Assembly: GCA_964016885.1 (NCBI GenBank)
Contig: OZ024740.1
Span: 351,292,001 to 351,356,000 of the forward strand
Source of the DNA: Eledone cirrhosa
Taxonomy: Eukaryota
DNA: 64,000 nt
Direction of reading: 5' to 3'
Shown here: piece after piece, positions 17,592 to 31,182 of the stretch
Layout: every line of letters begins with the position of its first letter
How positions within the stretch are numbered: the stretch's first letter is position 1
Translations under genes and position numbers: made by a program
The notes under the pieces: generated by a model
What the model was told of the DNA's origin: nothing
Seen by the model: the letters and a program-made list of their open reading frames with translations, nothing else
The model's database searches: none

Positions 17592-19060
17592 ATGGCCAAT
17601 ATAAGAGTTGGATGTGTGAATGCACGCGGCCTGGGGATGTCCTGGAAACAGGGCAAACTCTTAAATGACCTCAGGTCGCACAGAGTGGATGTAATGGTTA
17701 TTTGCGAGTCCAGGATCAGCAGCGAGCGCCAACTGGCCCCCATCTTCGACGACTTTGAGATCTACGCATCTCTCTGTCAGCCGAGGGGTGGGGGGGGGTT
17801 GTCGTTCTGCTGCGAAAATACCTGGGTCTTGCCACACAGAAGGTACACCTGGACCCGGAGGGTCGACTGGTGGTTTTAGACGTCGGCAGTGGTGAAGGTG
17901 GAGCTTTCAGGCTGGTGGCAGCATATGCCCCATCTGGGACACCGCGACCGGACTTCTTCCGACGCCTGGAGAATTTCCTGGGAACGTCTCGCGCCTTGCT
18001 TTTAGTGGGGGACTGGAATGGTATCCTGGATGCACGTTGGGACTATGTAGGGGCATGTCCCGATAGAGGGGGGTGTAACAGCCTCAAACGATTAATCGGC
18101 CGATTTGATCTGGCCGATAGATATCGACTGTATTTTCCGACTGTGCCACTGTGGACGTGGACTAATCGCAGCGGAACATCTAGGTCGTACCTAGATAGGT
18201 TCCTAGTTAGAAATAAGGATGTCCACGAATGTTCATGGTTGACTATTCGGATCACAAGTTGGTGACCGGAGTGGTCAACCTTGATAGAACTCATAGACAG
18301 GGACCCGTTTACTTGAAGCTAAACTTGTCTTTACCGACAAACAAAGCTTACAGTAAGCGGATTAGCACACTAGTTAAGCAGCGTTTGACTGGGGCAATTG
18401 TCAACAGAAGGTGGTGGGGCTCTCTCAAGAGAGAAATTAGAATAGAATCGATAGGTTTTAGTCAGGAATTAGCATCAGATAGGAATAGAACTGAAAGAGA
18501 ATTAACAAATAGAGTAGAAGAGGCGATTAGGGTTGGTGCGACGACGCTCTCGAAGAGGCTCTGGGCATGGAGGAAGACGAGCTAGCCAGTCTGTTCGGTA
18601 GAACATTTGGCCCGGGACCGATGGACAACTTCCAAAAGTCCCTGGCTTGGCAATGTTACCGAGGAGCTCTACCAGTTCGGGACAAGCTCTACAGACACGG
18701 GCGCCCGGGTAGGGACCCCTCGAAGAAGATCTGTCCGAGATGCGTGCGTGACGAGGAAACCGTCGCACACGCATTCGTACACTTCCCGGGCGTTGCTGAC
18801 CTGTGGGGCTATGTGGAACGACTACTGTCGCGGGTGGGACCAATCCGGTTGACCACCGAGAACATTGTCACGATCAAACCGCCTCCCCTTTTCAAAAACG
18901 AAGGAGAGGCGGTTTTCCTCTGTGTGATAGCTATGGTGAAAGAAGTTGTATGGTGGACAAGGTTGAAAGGGCTGAGGTCAGACACCTTTCTCTCCGGCCA
19001 ACAACTGGTCTTTTTTTCAAGTACCACTTTAGAAGAAGGAGAAGAATGAGAAGAGGAAGG
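17592..19060 (+). pseudogene. ORF2 remnant: APE endonuclease fused to the C-terminal zinc-binding region, no RT
   Basis: NARGL, AYAP, VGDWN, WTW, YLDRFLV and SDH motifs are followed after a short linker by CPRC..ETVAHAF. There is no QG/YxDD region between them. Confidence 0.85.
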
Positions 19061-19424
19061 AAGCACACGCTCTTTGTGCTCCTGAAGAGGAGGGTTGCAC
19101 ATTTTTTCGGGGTGTGTGGGCGACCCATGTCAACGCCCCTCCCTATTGAGGACATCGATTGTTAAATTTAATTTGTTATATGTTTTTTACACGTCTTTTT
19201 AAATGTATGTAAACTCCCCCCTTTGTATTTGTCCCAATTTTTGATGCCCTGGTGGCAAATAAATAGAAATGTATATCAATTACCACTAAACTCTCCCTCT
19301 CTCTATATCTAATACACGGTATTCTTTTCCAATCCCCCCTCTCTATATCAATTAATACTAAACTCTCTCTCTCTCTTTATACCTACCACGACACTGCTTC
19401 TCTCAATGCCTCTGTCTATCAATT

Positions 19425-19748
19425 ACTCTGAGGTCTTGAATAATTACCGCCCACCCACACTTATTAATATTTCAGTCCCCACCTCCCTTTTTATTCCCCA
19501 CCCCCACTTATTAAAGTTTGCTAATCTATCTCCAGCGAAATTTAATTGTAAGTGATTCATATCGATACAGTAACTGGAAAATCTAATAATTATTTTATTT
19601 TACATTAGAAAAAAATTATATATAGCAAAAAAAAAGAACTTTACAAGAAATCCCCTATTTACGAACGTACACTATACAATTACCGACTTCCTCGCCCCCT
19701 GCGCGTTAAGCAAATGTCCAACACCCTATTATTTGGCAAATGACAGTA
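19425..19748. mobile_element. Possible MITE with TACTCT../..AGTA ends; partial copy at ~14850-15015
   Basis: The shared interior aaaaagaac..ttacaa..aatccc..tttac.aacgtacac.atacaattacc is present in both copies. Terminal inverted repeats are imperfect. Confidence 0.4.
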
Positions 19749-19776
19749 TACACACACACTCACACACGCACACACG

Positions 19777-19822
<46 letters not shown>

Positions 19823-19825
<3 letters not shown>

Positions 19826-20243
19826 GGGCAATAGAAGCATTTGCTCAATTTAGTTGTAGTGATTAGTTTACCTCTTTGCACTCTAAAATGGTCAGAAAAT
19901 GCAATTTGAGTTCAAGAAAATCATATTACATGTACAGCTTTCAATAATTGTAAAGTGATTATAGCAAAATGACATGAAATTTGTCTCTGAATACATATAC
20001 TAGCAACTGGCAAATAGTGATATGGGGAGAAAAAGTTTTGACATAACAAAAAAGATTTCTATGGAGGTTAACATGATATATTTTGAAATATCAACCAAGA
20101 TATAAAAAAACTTCGATATGCGATAAACATAACATGTATATAAATTGTAGCGCATATACAAATAGATGTGTGTTTCGGTAGTTTGGGGAGAAAAATATAA
20201 TTGGGGGGGGGGGCACCTGGACCCCCCAGTTCCACCACCCCTG
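19823..20243. mobile_element. MITE-like element, longer copy of 12967-13219
   Basis: Ends are cagggg...ccaccacccctg. Shares tcaatttagttgtagtgattagttta and cttcgatatgcgata blocks with the shorter copy. Confidence 0.6.
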
Positions 20244-23226
20244 GATACACATTTGTGCAAGGTGAGAATGTTTAATATCTAGCTGAATGTTTGACATTTA
20301 GAGATCGGTGTGAGTTTATTATAGTTGCTGGTGTCTACCGAACTTATCTTTGCCTATCATCATTCGTAAGTCGATAAAATAAAGAACTGGTCAAGTACTG
20401 AGGTTGATTAATCGATTTATCCTAGCTGGATTTGTTGGCTTTGAGCCTAACTCGGAAACCATAATGAGTCACTGGTACAAAATACGAGAAGTTTATTCTT
20501 GAACTATATTAAGTAAGTTTAAAAGTGTTTCAACCGTGGTCATCACGTCTTTTTTTCTATCAGTGATTATATTATCAAAAGTGCCTTTATTCTTTAAATA
20601 CAACAAAGTGTGATTTAGGGAATAGACATTTGGTTGCTATTTCTAGAAACTTCATCACTTGACCACCACTGATTTTGTTGTTGATATTGTCAGCACTAAT
20701 CGAACATACCTATGATCAAAGGAAATTGATACAATAATTCATATTAAGTGGATCAGACAGATTAAATACGATCTAAGAAAATTGCTTCTCCCTATATTTA
20801 ATCTCTGTCACTAGCTGTTGTTGTTACTGCCGTTATTACCATCGTCGTTATCGTTGCCCCAGGTAAACTCCGATTGTGGCACATCTATTATCAAAGATGT
20901 TCCAGTCGTGAACATACAAACTAATTTTTTTTCTGATGTAGATTATCTATGACTACATTGTGATCTGAGAGAACTTTGGCTGCTATTTCTAACAGTCGTA
21001 GAAATTGCATAAGTCCGCCTGGTTGGCTCGAAAAATAACATGTTTTCAATAATACTTTTCACAGAAAACTGCGATAAAGTTTATCTATGAAAGTCAAGCA
21101 GCTTATGTTGTGTGCTTTATATATGAAATATAGCAATGTTGTAAATAAATAACAAAATAACAGAAAAATAAGAATAAAAAGACAGAAAGAAAAATAGAGA
21201 AAAAGATTAGAGGGAAATGAAAACGGAAAAAGCAAGAAAGTGTGAATGAAAGAATAGAATGTATATTCATTTTTATGAACGTTTTACATAGCTTCTAAGT
21301 TCACTGTAGTAAATATACACCTAATGACCTGAAACATGTTTTGTGTTCAGGAGCTGATCTGAGTTTATGGAATCTCCTGAATAGATGTGACCTTGTTCTT
21401 CAGTTCAATGGGCTACGTTTGTTGCATCTGAGATTTATGGTGTTAATATAATTATCATTTACATCAAGGCTGGACTTGTACCGAACTTTATAGTTTTGAA
21501 CCAGTTATACGTGAAAGTTATACTCCAGGGTTCATTTTTTGTTTCTCTTTAGCATACACTAATCTAGTGCTAAGCCAGAAAGATCAAATAATTCAGATTC
21601 AGGTTATATTGATTTATAACATTGGCACAAGCCACAATTTTTTGGTGGAGGCCAAAATCGATTGAATTGACTGACCCCCACTTCCTATACACACTACTTA
21701 ATTGGTACTTATGATAAAATTCGAAAGTCAACGTTGACAGAATTTTAACTCAGAACATTAAAGGGAGATAACTAAATGTTCAGAGGCATTTTGACCGAAA
21801 TTCTACTGGTTCTACCCTCTACCATGGCTATTTTTCACTACTTTTCTATTGATCTTATAAATAGCAAGTGCCTACAGAATAATAAGAGGTAAACAACCAT
21901 CGATCCGTGATCGTTATTATTCAGCTTATATTGGATAATAATATTGTGAAGTCTGAAAATGGTGCCAAAAGGTTAATCTTATTTTAGTAGGTTTGCATCT
22001 AAGTCAGAAACCGTTGTTATTTGTCTCCTGTTCAATGACTATGTGGTAACTTCTTACCGAACGGAGACAGTGTCCAAGTTCGATTCTCAGTTATAGTTTT
22101 TCCGCTTATTCCAATTCGCTAATGCCCACTGGAAAGGTATACACCTCAAGAACTTCACCGTCTAAAGTCCATTAGGTTAATCAGCCAATGATGATTACCC
22201 TTGGTCATTGATGGCTTCAGAAACTTTTCTTACTTATCGCTTAGTGTAAGGGAAACTGGATGAGATAAGATAAGCTGGTAGTTGGCTGGATCCGAGATCT
22301 GATTTATTGTGTGTGTAGGGTGTGTTGGGGGGAGGCGTGCGTGTGTGTATGTGTGTGTAGAACAAAAATGGATATAAGGGAGAGAAGTTGAAAAGTCTGC
22401 GAGAAAAGCTGCTATTGATAGGTTAGACCTAATATGTCACCCGGTTAACATGAGCAACTCGCCTTTCGGTACATTTAGCCAAGTCCAGTCTGTTGCAACT
22501 ACGTAATGCCATTGCTTGAAAGAGGATGCATTGGAAAAGATTTCTTCGAGAGGGTTAACCACCAGATGGGATAAAGGGTTGAATATATGTGTCTTGGAAT
22601 GTTGCTTTATTAACGGCTGCCTTCTCTCTTGTCATCTCCAGCAGTATTTCTGGTGCCCAAGATAATACTGATTTTCAAGAGTCAGATTTACCGCAATGAT
22701 CTCTAGCTTGGCTACTTACGGGTACCATTAGTGTTAATTCATTGTCATAGTTTTGTCCCATATAACAGATGAATTAAACATATATCCTTTCAGTAGGTAT
22801 CTCTCTATTCCACTTTGAAACCCTTTAAACTACATGGAGTTACACTACTGCGCTATCCTAAGTATTTTCTAGCTGTGTAGATCAGCACATTCAAACACTA
22901 GTGATAGTGTTATACTACACGTGTGGGTTTTGTTTATTTTTCCAAAAAATTATTTATTTCTCCAAAATGGCTGACAGGTGCTTTTTCTATAAACTAAATT
23001 CCGTTTCCTCCCTTTTTAACACTCGTCTGTCTTTCTATTTCCTCTTTTATTTCTCATTCTATCTTCTGATGAAGGCTAGCGTCCAACACGCTAAGATTCT
23101 TTACCTACTATATCATATACCTCCATTGAATCCTTCACCGTTCGTTTTATTGATTTCCGTTTACTTTTCGCACACACACATACACACACACACAAATATC
23201 TATCTATCTATCTATCTATCTATTTA

Positions 23227-23360
<134 letters not shown>

Positions 23361-23494
23361 CATATATATATATATATACACACACAGAGAAAGGCACACA
23401 CACACACACGCACACATACACACACACACATATATATATATTCATATATGATAAAGAACACAAGAGCGTCTACAACATCAATAGATTTTTATTG

Positions 23495-23539
23495 GCTTAC
23501 AATGTTTCCTCCTTACGTAACCGTAGGATTCGTCAGAGC
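23495..23539 (-). ncRNA. Minimal type-I hammerhead ribozyme motif
   Basis: Minus strand reads gct-CTGACGA-atcct acggttacgta agga g-GAAA-cattg-TA-agc, followed by AATAAA. Confidence 0.7.
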
Positions 23540-25118
23540 TATAATAGGGGTTTGATTGGTGTTATGGACTCTACCAACCAAACATTCAAGAACAAAGAGT
23601 AAAGAGAGTAAAGAGAAAAAGTAGGGGACGATAAGTCTAATTTTGGTGCGGGGGGGGTCCTTGTTTACTAGCTGCGGTCATATTCATTCGCGGGAGTCGA
23701 GTGGTTAGCTGAACCATAGATGGGGTGGCGTCGATAGTATGGTGCAGAGGGTGTGCAGAGGCTACACAAACACAAAGGGCATTCAATATATATATAACGG
23801 AGGGGAAAGTACATGAGGTAATTAGAAATGGAAAAAGAGTAATAATAATAATCTATAATTAATAATGTATAATAAGGCATGGGGAAGATTACACTATAAT
23901 AAGGTATAAAAGTAAGAATAAGGTAAAATATAAAGGAGGATAAAAGTGAAAATAAGAATAAAGATAAAAAATATATATATAAAAAAATATATAGAGAATA
24001 TATAAAGAAATATAAGCAAGTATTTGAAGGGGAAAACACAATGTAAAAAAAACAGATTTTTTCAAATAAAAATATTATAATTATGGGGGGAGAAAACGGG
24101 ATAGAGAAATATGATCAAATGTGATTAGTTGAGAGAATATAAGATGATAATAGTTATGTTAAGTTTATACATCTTAATAATAAATAATCTGTATATCAGA
24201 GTTACAGAACCTTCAATTCAGTTACAGGTTCAAGCCACGTGGCATAGTCCATTGTTTATCTGTGCGGTCATGTGCGTTTGTTTTTGACACCACAGCAGAT
24301 GCACAAGTTCGTAAATTCCAATGCAGATAGAAATCTATTTTTGCTCACCCAGACATTGACGGAGGATCCAATATTCCTAGTTCAATATGTGTGTGGTGTT
24401 ATTTTGGTCGCACAAATCAATCACTTGGTTCAATATTATGGAGTATGGTTTTCTGGTCTTCATAACAGTGTCAGTGGTTGTATATCTCGAAATCACAATG
24501 ATCACAGTACTCCGGTTCGGTGTGATTATCGGTCATCCAACTAAGTTGTTGGTGGTTGGATTCAATTCTATTGCCCCGAACGTAGAACTTTGGTGTCGAT
24601 AGAACATTAACGAGGCAGAGTGAGATCGCATCTGTGGTACGAAACGGTACGCAAGGAAATTCTTCGTCTTCGTTTCATCCGGGTCCAGCAGTCACGTGCA
24701 AGAACCGCTACGTAGTAATTGTGGGGTTAATCGGTCAAGATAGTAACTGACCGAAAATTCTCTTAGGAATTCAGACAGGCATGACAGGTACATTTAGGTC
24801 AGCAGTTTCTTTATGCGTACGTGTGTCCGATACACACAGACACATATTTATATGTATTTCAACTCAAAAAATATTCATATATATAGATTCATACGGAACC
24901 CGGTCATTGAAATGATCATAGTATAATAAACCTTTCAAGGATTTACACATGTCCAGCCTCCTGTTATTTTATTGTAATATTTAACTCCGTACTCGCACCA
25001 CCAACTGCACAAACGAAGACGGGTGAGCTGCATTACGTTGAATACTCTCCATAATATTACATCGAGATTGACCATACGGAATGACCAATTCTATCCAGTG
25101 GTGAACCAACAAACCTAA

Positions 25119-25189
<71 letters not shown>

Positions 25190-25326
25190 CCTAAATGGAT
25201 ATATATACCGACACGTACATAAATAATTGTCGTTTGTTAAGACGACAAAAAGTAAACATAGACATCATAAATTTCAACATTGGAAACATGAAATTCATTT
25301 TTATTATCTAGAATATTATTCTATTA

Positions 25327-26233
25327 TCTACTTATATATATAACCAGCAATTTCTCTGTCTGTCTGTCCGGCAGTGGAAACACGTGCGTAGAGAGAGAGT
25401 GAGAGTGAAAGAAAGAGACAGACTACGAGAGGGGGATAGCAGGAGGGAGAGAGGGAGAGTGAGAGAGTGAAAAGACGCTAAAACACGTGCTACAGAAATA
25501 TTACCTTCCCCTCTCCACTGACTTTAGTAACTGAGGCCGAGGGAATCGCTGGTTGCTATAGAGACACCTTGCACAAGCCAGAAGTAACCAGTTCGAGGCG
25601 GTTCTGACTTGACACCATGCGAAGAAGGTTGCCATTGAATTTGTGGTTGTTGCTGCTGATAATAAGGACCATTTGAAGAAGGTTGCTGCTGATGAGGTAA
25701 TTTATTAATCAGATTGCGCAGTTCCATAACCTACGTCTGATTTGTTCAATTTTTTTCTTCAATTTTTTTTGTTGTTTTTTTATTTCTTATTGAAAAAATA
25801 TAAATAATAAAATAAGGTTAGAAATTTAAATACAATTAAATACGATTTAATTTCCATTTCCAGCAGCCAATGTCCAGTGTTCAATTTCATGAAAAAATTG
25901 GAAATAATTCAAAAAATTGAAGTTTAACTTTTGAACATTTGTTTTGACAATAAAAAAATATTTCCTTATTCACACCTAATGGTATGATTAAAATTTCATA
26001 GGAATATTTTTTCTAACCGCCAGTTATTTATTTTCTCCTTTTTCGTTTTAACATATATTTATTTCAAAGATTTCACCGTATAGATAACATATATATTTAT
26101 ACATGCATAAAAGACACACCGAGAGACGGTGAACATGTGGTGCCGAAAACATTTCTCATCCAAATCTCAACAATATCAGTATATACACTAGATTTGCTAG
26201 CAGAAAACCGCCCACCGGGTGGTTTTCTGCTAG
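25327..26233 (+). mobile_element. Non-autonomous Helitron
   Basis: Starts A|TCTACTTATATATATAA..ctgtctgtctgtcc and ends in a GC-rich hairpin followed by CTAG|T. Confidence 0.65.
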
Positions 26234-26730
26234 TCTATATATATAAAACTGAGGATGTCTGTCTGTGTGTGTGTGAGTTTGAACCTCTAAAACTAGAGAA
26301 GCACACAACCGCCTGTTTTCAATCTTTATACATATAATACTTATGTTTCAGGGAGTGTCCTGAGCAAAAAGAATTCAAATTTTCAATGCCCTAGGGACTG
26401 CATTAGGTGATTTAGCGATCTCTCTCTATAATTCTTAGTCTTTCTCTTTTTATATAGATACATATATATAACGTCGCGCCCTTATAATAGCTGTCTGCTT
26501 CACCCGGTTATTCTGCCACCCTTGCTCAAGACAAATCTCACACTCATTCCCCAAACAGTTGGTAAGTGCACACAACTTCTTCCTCACGTTTTAAGCCACA
26601 GTGTTGCTTACTTACGTACCACCAGACCCTTACTTCTTTGCCAGCCGTGGTTGTCGCAATACTAAGCTTACTTAAGGCGGTTATATATTTCACAATACCT
26701 TATCCGTGCAACGCCGGGTACCACTGCTAG
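26234..26730 (+). mobile_element. Non-autonomous Helitron (second family), directly abutting the first
   Basis: Starts TCTATATATATAAAACTGAGGATGTCTGTCTG and ends CCGTGCAACGCCGGGTACCACTGCTAG|T. Confidence 0.8.
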
Positions 26731-27125
26731 TCTATAATATTATCCTACAACAGTCTATATATATATGTAATGCTATAATTCTGTAAAAAAATAGGAGACG
26801 TAATCTATTATGCACAAGACATCTATATTAATTGTAAAGCAGGTGCCTGTTATACTATGGAGCCAAAGAGAAGACATAATATATTCTACCTAACCTAAAA
26901 CATTATCTGGAAAACAATTGACTGATAAATATAACACGAAATCGTAGAGAATCTATTATAGAACTGGTCATTCCGTATGGTCAATCCTGGTCTAATATTG
27001 TGAAGAGTACTCAACGCAGTGCAGTTCACCCATCTTCGTTTGTGTAGTTGGTGGTGCGAATACGGAGTTAATTATAAATGAAATAACAGGAGGCTGGACT
27101 GGTGTAAATCCTTAAAAGGTTTATT

Positions 27126-27183
27126 ATACTATGATCATTTCAATGACCGGGTTCCATATGAATCCAGTGATATCATCAGGTAT
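27126..27183 (-). ncRNA. Type-I hammerhead ribozyme motif
   Basis: atac-CTGATGA-tatcactggattcatatggaacccggtcatt-GAAA-tgatca-TA-gtat. Stem III (TGATCA) is palindromic. Confidence 0.7.
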
Positions 27184-27561
27184 TGGAATATAACAAAGGA
27201 ATATGTAAAAACCCATGGGTCCGAAAATTCAGAGACAGAGGGGACGGCTGACCGACTAGCTTCTCAGTCGGCCGCCCTCAAAGTGTTGGCAACTGAAAAA
27301 CTACCAATGAATATCTGGTGAGGGGGCAAAGGCTTACAATGCGCCACCACCACTCCGTCAAAGAAGAAGGGGAAGAAAGAAAGAAAGGGAAAAAGAAGTG
27401 TAGTGTAAGGGTCAAAATACATTCATGTTAGAAAATGCCGCGAAAAAAGGATTTACACCAGTCCAGCCTCCTGTTATTTCATTTATAATTAACTCCGTAT
27501 TCGCACCACCAACTACACAAACGAAGATGGGTGAACTGACCTGCGTTGAGTACTCTTCATT

Positions 27562-27662
<101 letters not shown>

Positions 27663-27808
27663 ATACTTTGGGAGGGTCATGTTGCCAATAAGAAACACAC
27701 GCACCAGTTGCTTTCACTTCAATTTATTATAATAAATTTATAAATTTAGGAATTTATAAATTTCCGGTTGGTTGGTTGGTTCCACAACCAGATGGTTGTT
27801 TATATATT

Positions 27809-27851
27809 GTCAAAGTTCTTTCGTCACATATTCTGTGACCTCTTCAGTGAC
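27809..27851 (-). ncRNA. Type-I hammerhead ribozyme motif in a pseudo-LTR-like fragment (27659-28170)
   Basis: gtca-CTGAAGA-g gtcac agaatat gtgac-GAAA-gaac-TT-tgac, with AATAAA downstream. Confidence 0.7.
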
Positions 27852-28171
27852 TGGGGATTCTTTTTTTTTTTGTTTTTGTGCCTCTCCTTTGTTCTGTCCT
27901 ACGCCATCTTGTTTTTGTGTGTGTGTTGTGTGCTTAGTTTGCGCATGTGTTACATCCGGGTGTCTGTGTGTGTTTATATTCGTTTAGCTATTTGTTTATT
28001 TACATGTTACTGGCTGGTTGTTTGTTCTATGTGCGTGTGTGTGTTTTCATTTTGTCCTTAATTGTAAGTTGTGATGTTGCTGTTCCACTCATGTTTTCTA
28101 TTTAATTTTGGTTGGAGTTCATTTATGTTTATTGCCTCTGTGATTTGTCTAAATATTGCGTCTTTTGACGT

Positions 28172-29990
28172 CTAAAAGCTCCTTCTGGTGAAGGGCTCTG
28201 TCTCAATATCCAGTTCCTCAAACAGCCGCCTGATCTCCCCAGTGCTCTGGGCTGTGCAGGGTGGCTCTCCTAGTAGGGTCCTAAAATGGTCTAGCCATTT
28301 CCTCTTCCTATCCTTGGGGCCCGTTCCCTGGATCTGACTCGAACACCTTCTCTTCCTCCCTGTGATCTCGTTGATGATCATCCAGCTCTCCTTACATCCG
28401 GATCTGTCAACCGCTCTCTCCACAATTCTGATCTTCTCTATCAGTGCCTCCTCTCTGGCCTCAGTGTAAGCGGTACAGAGTTCTTCCCTCATCACCTCCA
28501 CAGTCTCCATCCTCTACTCCGTAGGATCAGCATAGAATTGGTCCTTGGCAGCTTTCAGGTGTTCTCTGGCTGCACACACTTTTGGGTTTGCAGAGCTGAC
28601 GTGCTTCCTTTTGTTCTTTTTCCTCGGCACCAGGGTTTCACTTGCTTCCGCCACTGCATTGGTGAAGTGCCCGTACCTCCTCGTCACACTCTCCTCAGTC
28701 CATCCAATCTCTCTCTCCTCTGACTCTCCACACAGAGCACTGAACCTGTTTCTCACTTCCACTGTGAACCTCTCCTGTAGCTTATCATCTTCCTTGAAAG
28801 CTCCCCAGTCATAGATTGCTCTCTGGGACCGAGCCTTGCTCTTTCTTAAGCTCACCCGGACCTCACTCATAACAAGCCGGTGGTCACTACCCAGTGTACT
28901 GAAATAGTTGTATGGTTCTGTGTTCAGAACACTATTCTGCCACTTTTTCCTCACCAGAATGAAATCAATCTGGGACTTGGATAGGTGCATATCTGAGATG
29001 TAGGTCCACATCTTCCCCAGATTCTTCCTAAACCTTAGGTTGGTCGCTATCAAGTTCGCCTCCAGCAGGGTGTCTCTCAGTAGTTTTCCATTTCGGTTGG
29101 TGTTGTTATGGAAGTACCAGAAAGGATCTTCACTGCCCTCCTTACTCAGATGTGCATTGAAGTCCCCCAAAACAAGCAGGATATTGTGTGCTTGAGTGGT
29201 GTTGACAGATCTACACACCTCCCCATGGAACTCTTCCGCACTCACATCACTGTCCTCCTCGGTTGGACTATAGGCTGAGATGACTGTCATTCTTGGGTTT
29301 CCATTGAAGGTCACCCTCAACACTTGCAGGGAGACAGGCATTATTTCCCTCACCAATAGACTGGTTTTTGTGCTGAAAACAAAACCCACTCCTCCCACTG
29401 CAGCATTGGTCATGTTCTTCACTGCCGATGTAGTGATGAGCTGGCTTCTCTTCCCGATCATCACACTCCTCACGGGATCATCGTGTAGGATCCTGTATCC
29501 TTGGATCGCAAGTATCTGTATACCACTCTCCTCGAACAGATGTCCCAACTCCTCTCTCTTCTCCAGCGTCCGAATAGTCCTCACATTCAAAGTGCCCATT
29601 TTGATGGCTCTTCTGCAGGACAAACCTGCATTCTTTATATTTGTCTCAGAGACAGCTGATTCATCATCCACTGGCCCTCTCTGTGGCTCTAAGCCAGCAG
29701 AGTCATAACGACCAGACTGCTCCTTGACAGTGTAATTAGGGGCTCTAACCCTAGTGCTGTTAGATCGACTCTCCATATTTCTTTTCAATGGCTGACAATA
29801 CCTTACCGGCGCCACTCGAATAAGGTAGTTATTTAACCCATAAATGGAGCCCTAACAGGTACTACTACTCCGGGCCAGAGTAGACCTGGGAGTTATGACA
29901 ACTAAGGGGTAACTCCACATTTCCCGCAGCTCCTGAACTCCCGCCTTGCCACTGGATGTAGTTTAATGTCATAGCTAGGATAATCCAGGA
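28172..29990 (-). mobile_element. 5' half of an RTE-type LINE: 5'UTR plus APE endonuclease ORF, RT missing
   Basis: ORF 28514..29815 has TLNVRT, GVGF, SAYSPT, LGDFNA, NRNG, SQIDFIL and SDHRLV. It continues past one stop (KWLDHFRTLL) and is cut at 28172. Confidence 0.85.
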
Positions 29991-30001
29991 CTCCCACCCC
30001 C

Positions 30002-30084
<83 letters not shown>

Positions 30085-31182
30085 TTCCGTCCTCGCCGTT
30101 CGTATTTGGTAATAGTGACCCTCGTGATGCTGTTATCTGTGAATGGGTGCACATATACACATGCAACATGATTGGTGATTAACATATTCATGCAAATGTA
30201 AGGCAAATATTTGGTGATTATGGTGATTGACGGTTATTGCTAATTTATGCCAGATCGAACCACTTTTCGTTTGTTTATTTCTAGTAGTCAGGTTGCTTGC
30301 ATGGTGTTTGTTACATTGGCTATGGCTGAATGGTGGAGTGATGGCCAATGGGATCTTTTGACAGTACTTCTCATGAAATCTCTGTATCTCCATCTTTTGT
30401 CAATCCTGCCCTCGAGCTCCTACTTGTAGTTATAACGCATGTCATTTAGTTATAATGTTTTCAATGGTGTTCTTCTCCTTGCTGGCTACTCTGTCTTGTT
30501 ATTTAGCTCATTGTATATTCGATAGTCTTCTTTGGTGGAAGGGTTTTGGTTGTATGTATGTATCTATGTATGTAGATCCGAGTCTAGCTGTTGAAACGGC
30601 CGGAGCTTAGCCCTCGGGGTTCTGAATGTTTTCATATTACCCACTCTGCTATCCCAAGTATCGAGTACTCTGGTGAGTAATGGTCTAACTGGTTTTTTCC
30701 ACCTCCAATCTGATATATATATATATAGATTGCTGGTAAAAATACAGCCTCTCCCGGCCAGTGTCTACCTCACTCAATGAATCTGGCGAATTGCAGTTAT
30801 GCAGCTGCAATCAACTGTTCAGAGTACACACTTTTAGTTTACTGTAGACAGTTGGCTGTGTTTATAGTTAGAGATAGATGTAAATATCTCCCTCCTGAAC
30901 AATCGTTTCTGTGTAATATAACTTTACAAATGCAGATTTTACTTCTACAATGTTCAGAAAATCACGCAAAATCAGCGGATATTTACGTAACCGGGCTATT
31001 ACACGTCTTCAGCAGGATCACCCAGTATTATGCGATATCTCCGTGCGGTGTGAGCTGGCTGTCACTATTGGATAATTTATCTAGCAGTTCAGGGAAGTCA
31101 ACCACTTCGCCTCTAATGAAAAGAGGAAGAATCTCTCGCAGACGTGCTTTTGATAGTTGAATATATATATATATATATATAA

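Larger units (their letters stand above)
15541..19271 (+). mobile_element. Tx1/L1-type non-LTR element with the RT domain deleted, bounded by a 16-bp TSD
   Basis: TATATCAATTACCACT occurs at 15525-15540 and 19272-19287. Contains ORF1, an APE endonuclease, a C-terminal zinc-finger region and AATAAA near the 3' end. Confidence 0.85.
24885..27560. repeat. Three copies of a pseudo-LTR-like repeat in alternating orientation (24885-25095, 26958-27185 inverted, 27446-27560)
   Basis: The shared block ggatttacac..gtccagcctcctgttattt..aactccgta.tcgcaccaccaact.cacaaacgaaga.gggtga appears directly and as its reverse complement. Confidence 0.8.

Noticed and set aside
20500-22300. Possible host exons
   Set aside because: No convincing ORF with splice signals; the region is mostly old repeat debris.
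23066-23100. CTGATGA followed by a hairpin
   Set aside because: There is no downstream GAAA..UH half, so it is not a complete hammerhead.
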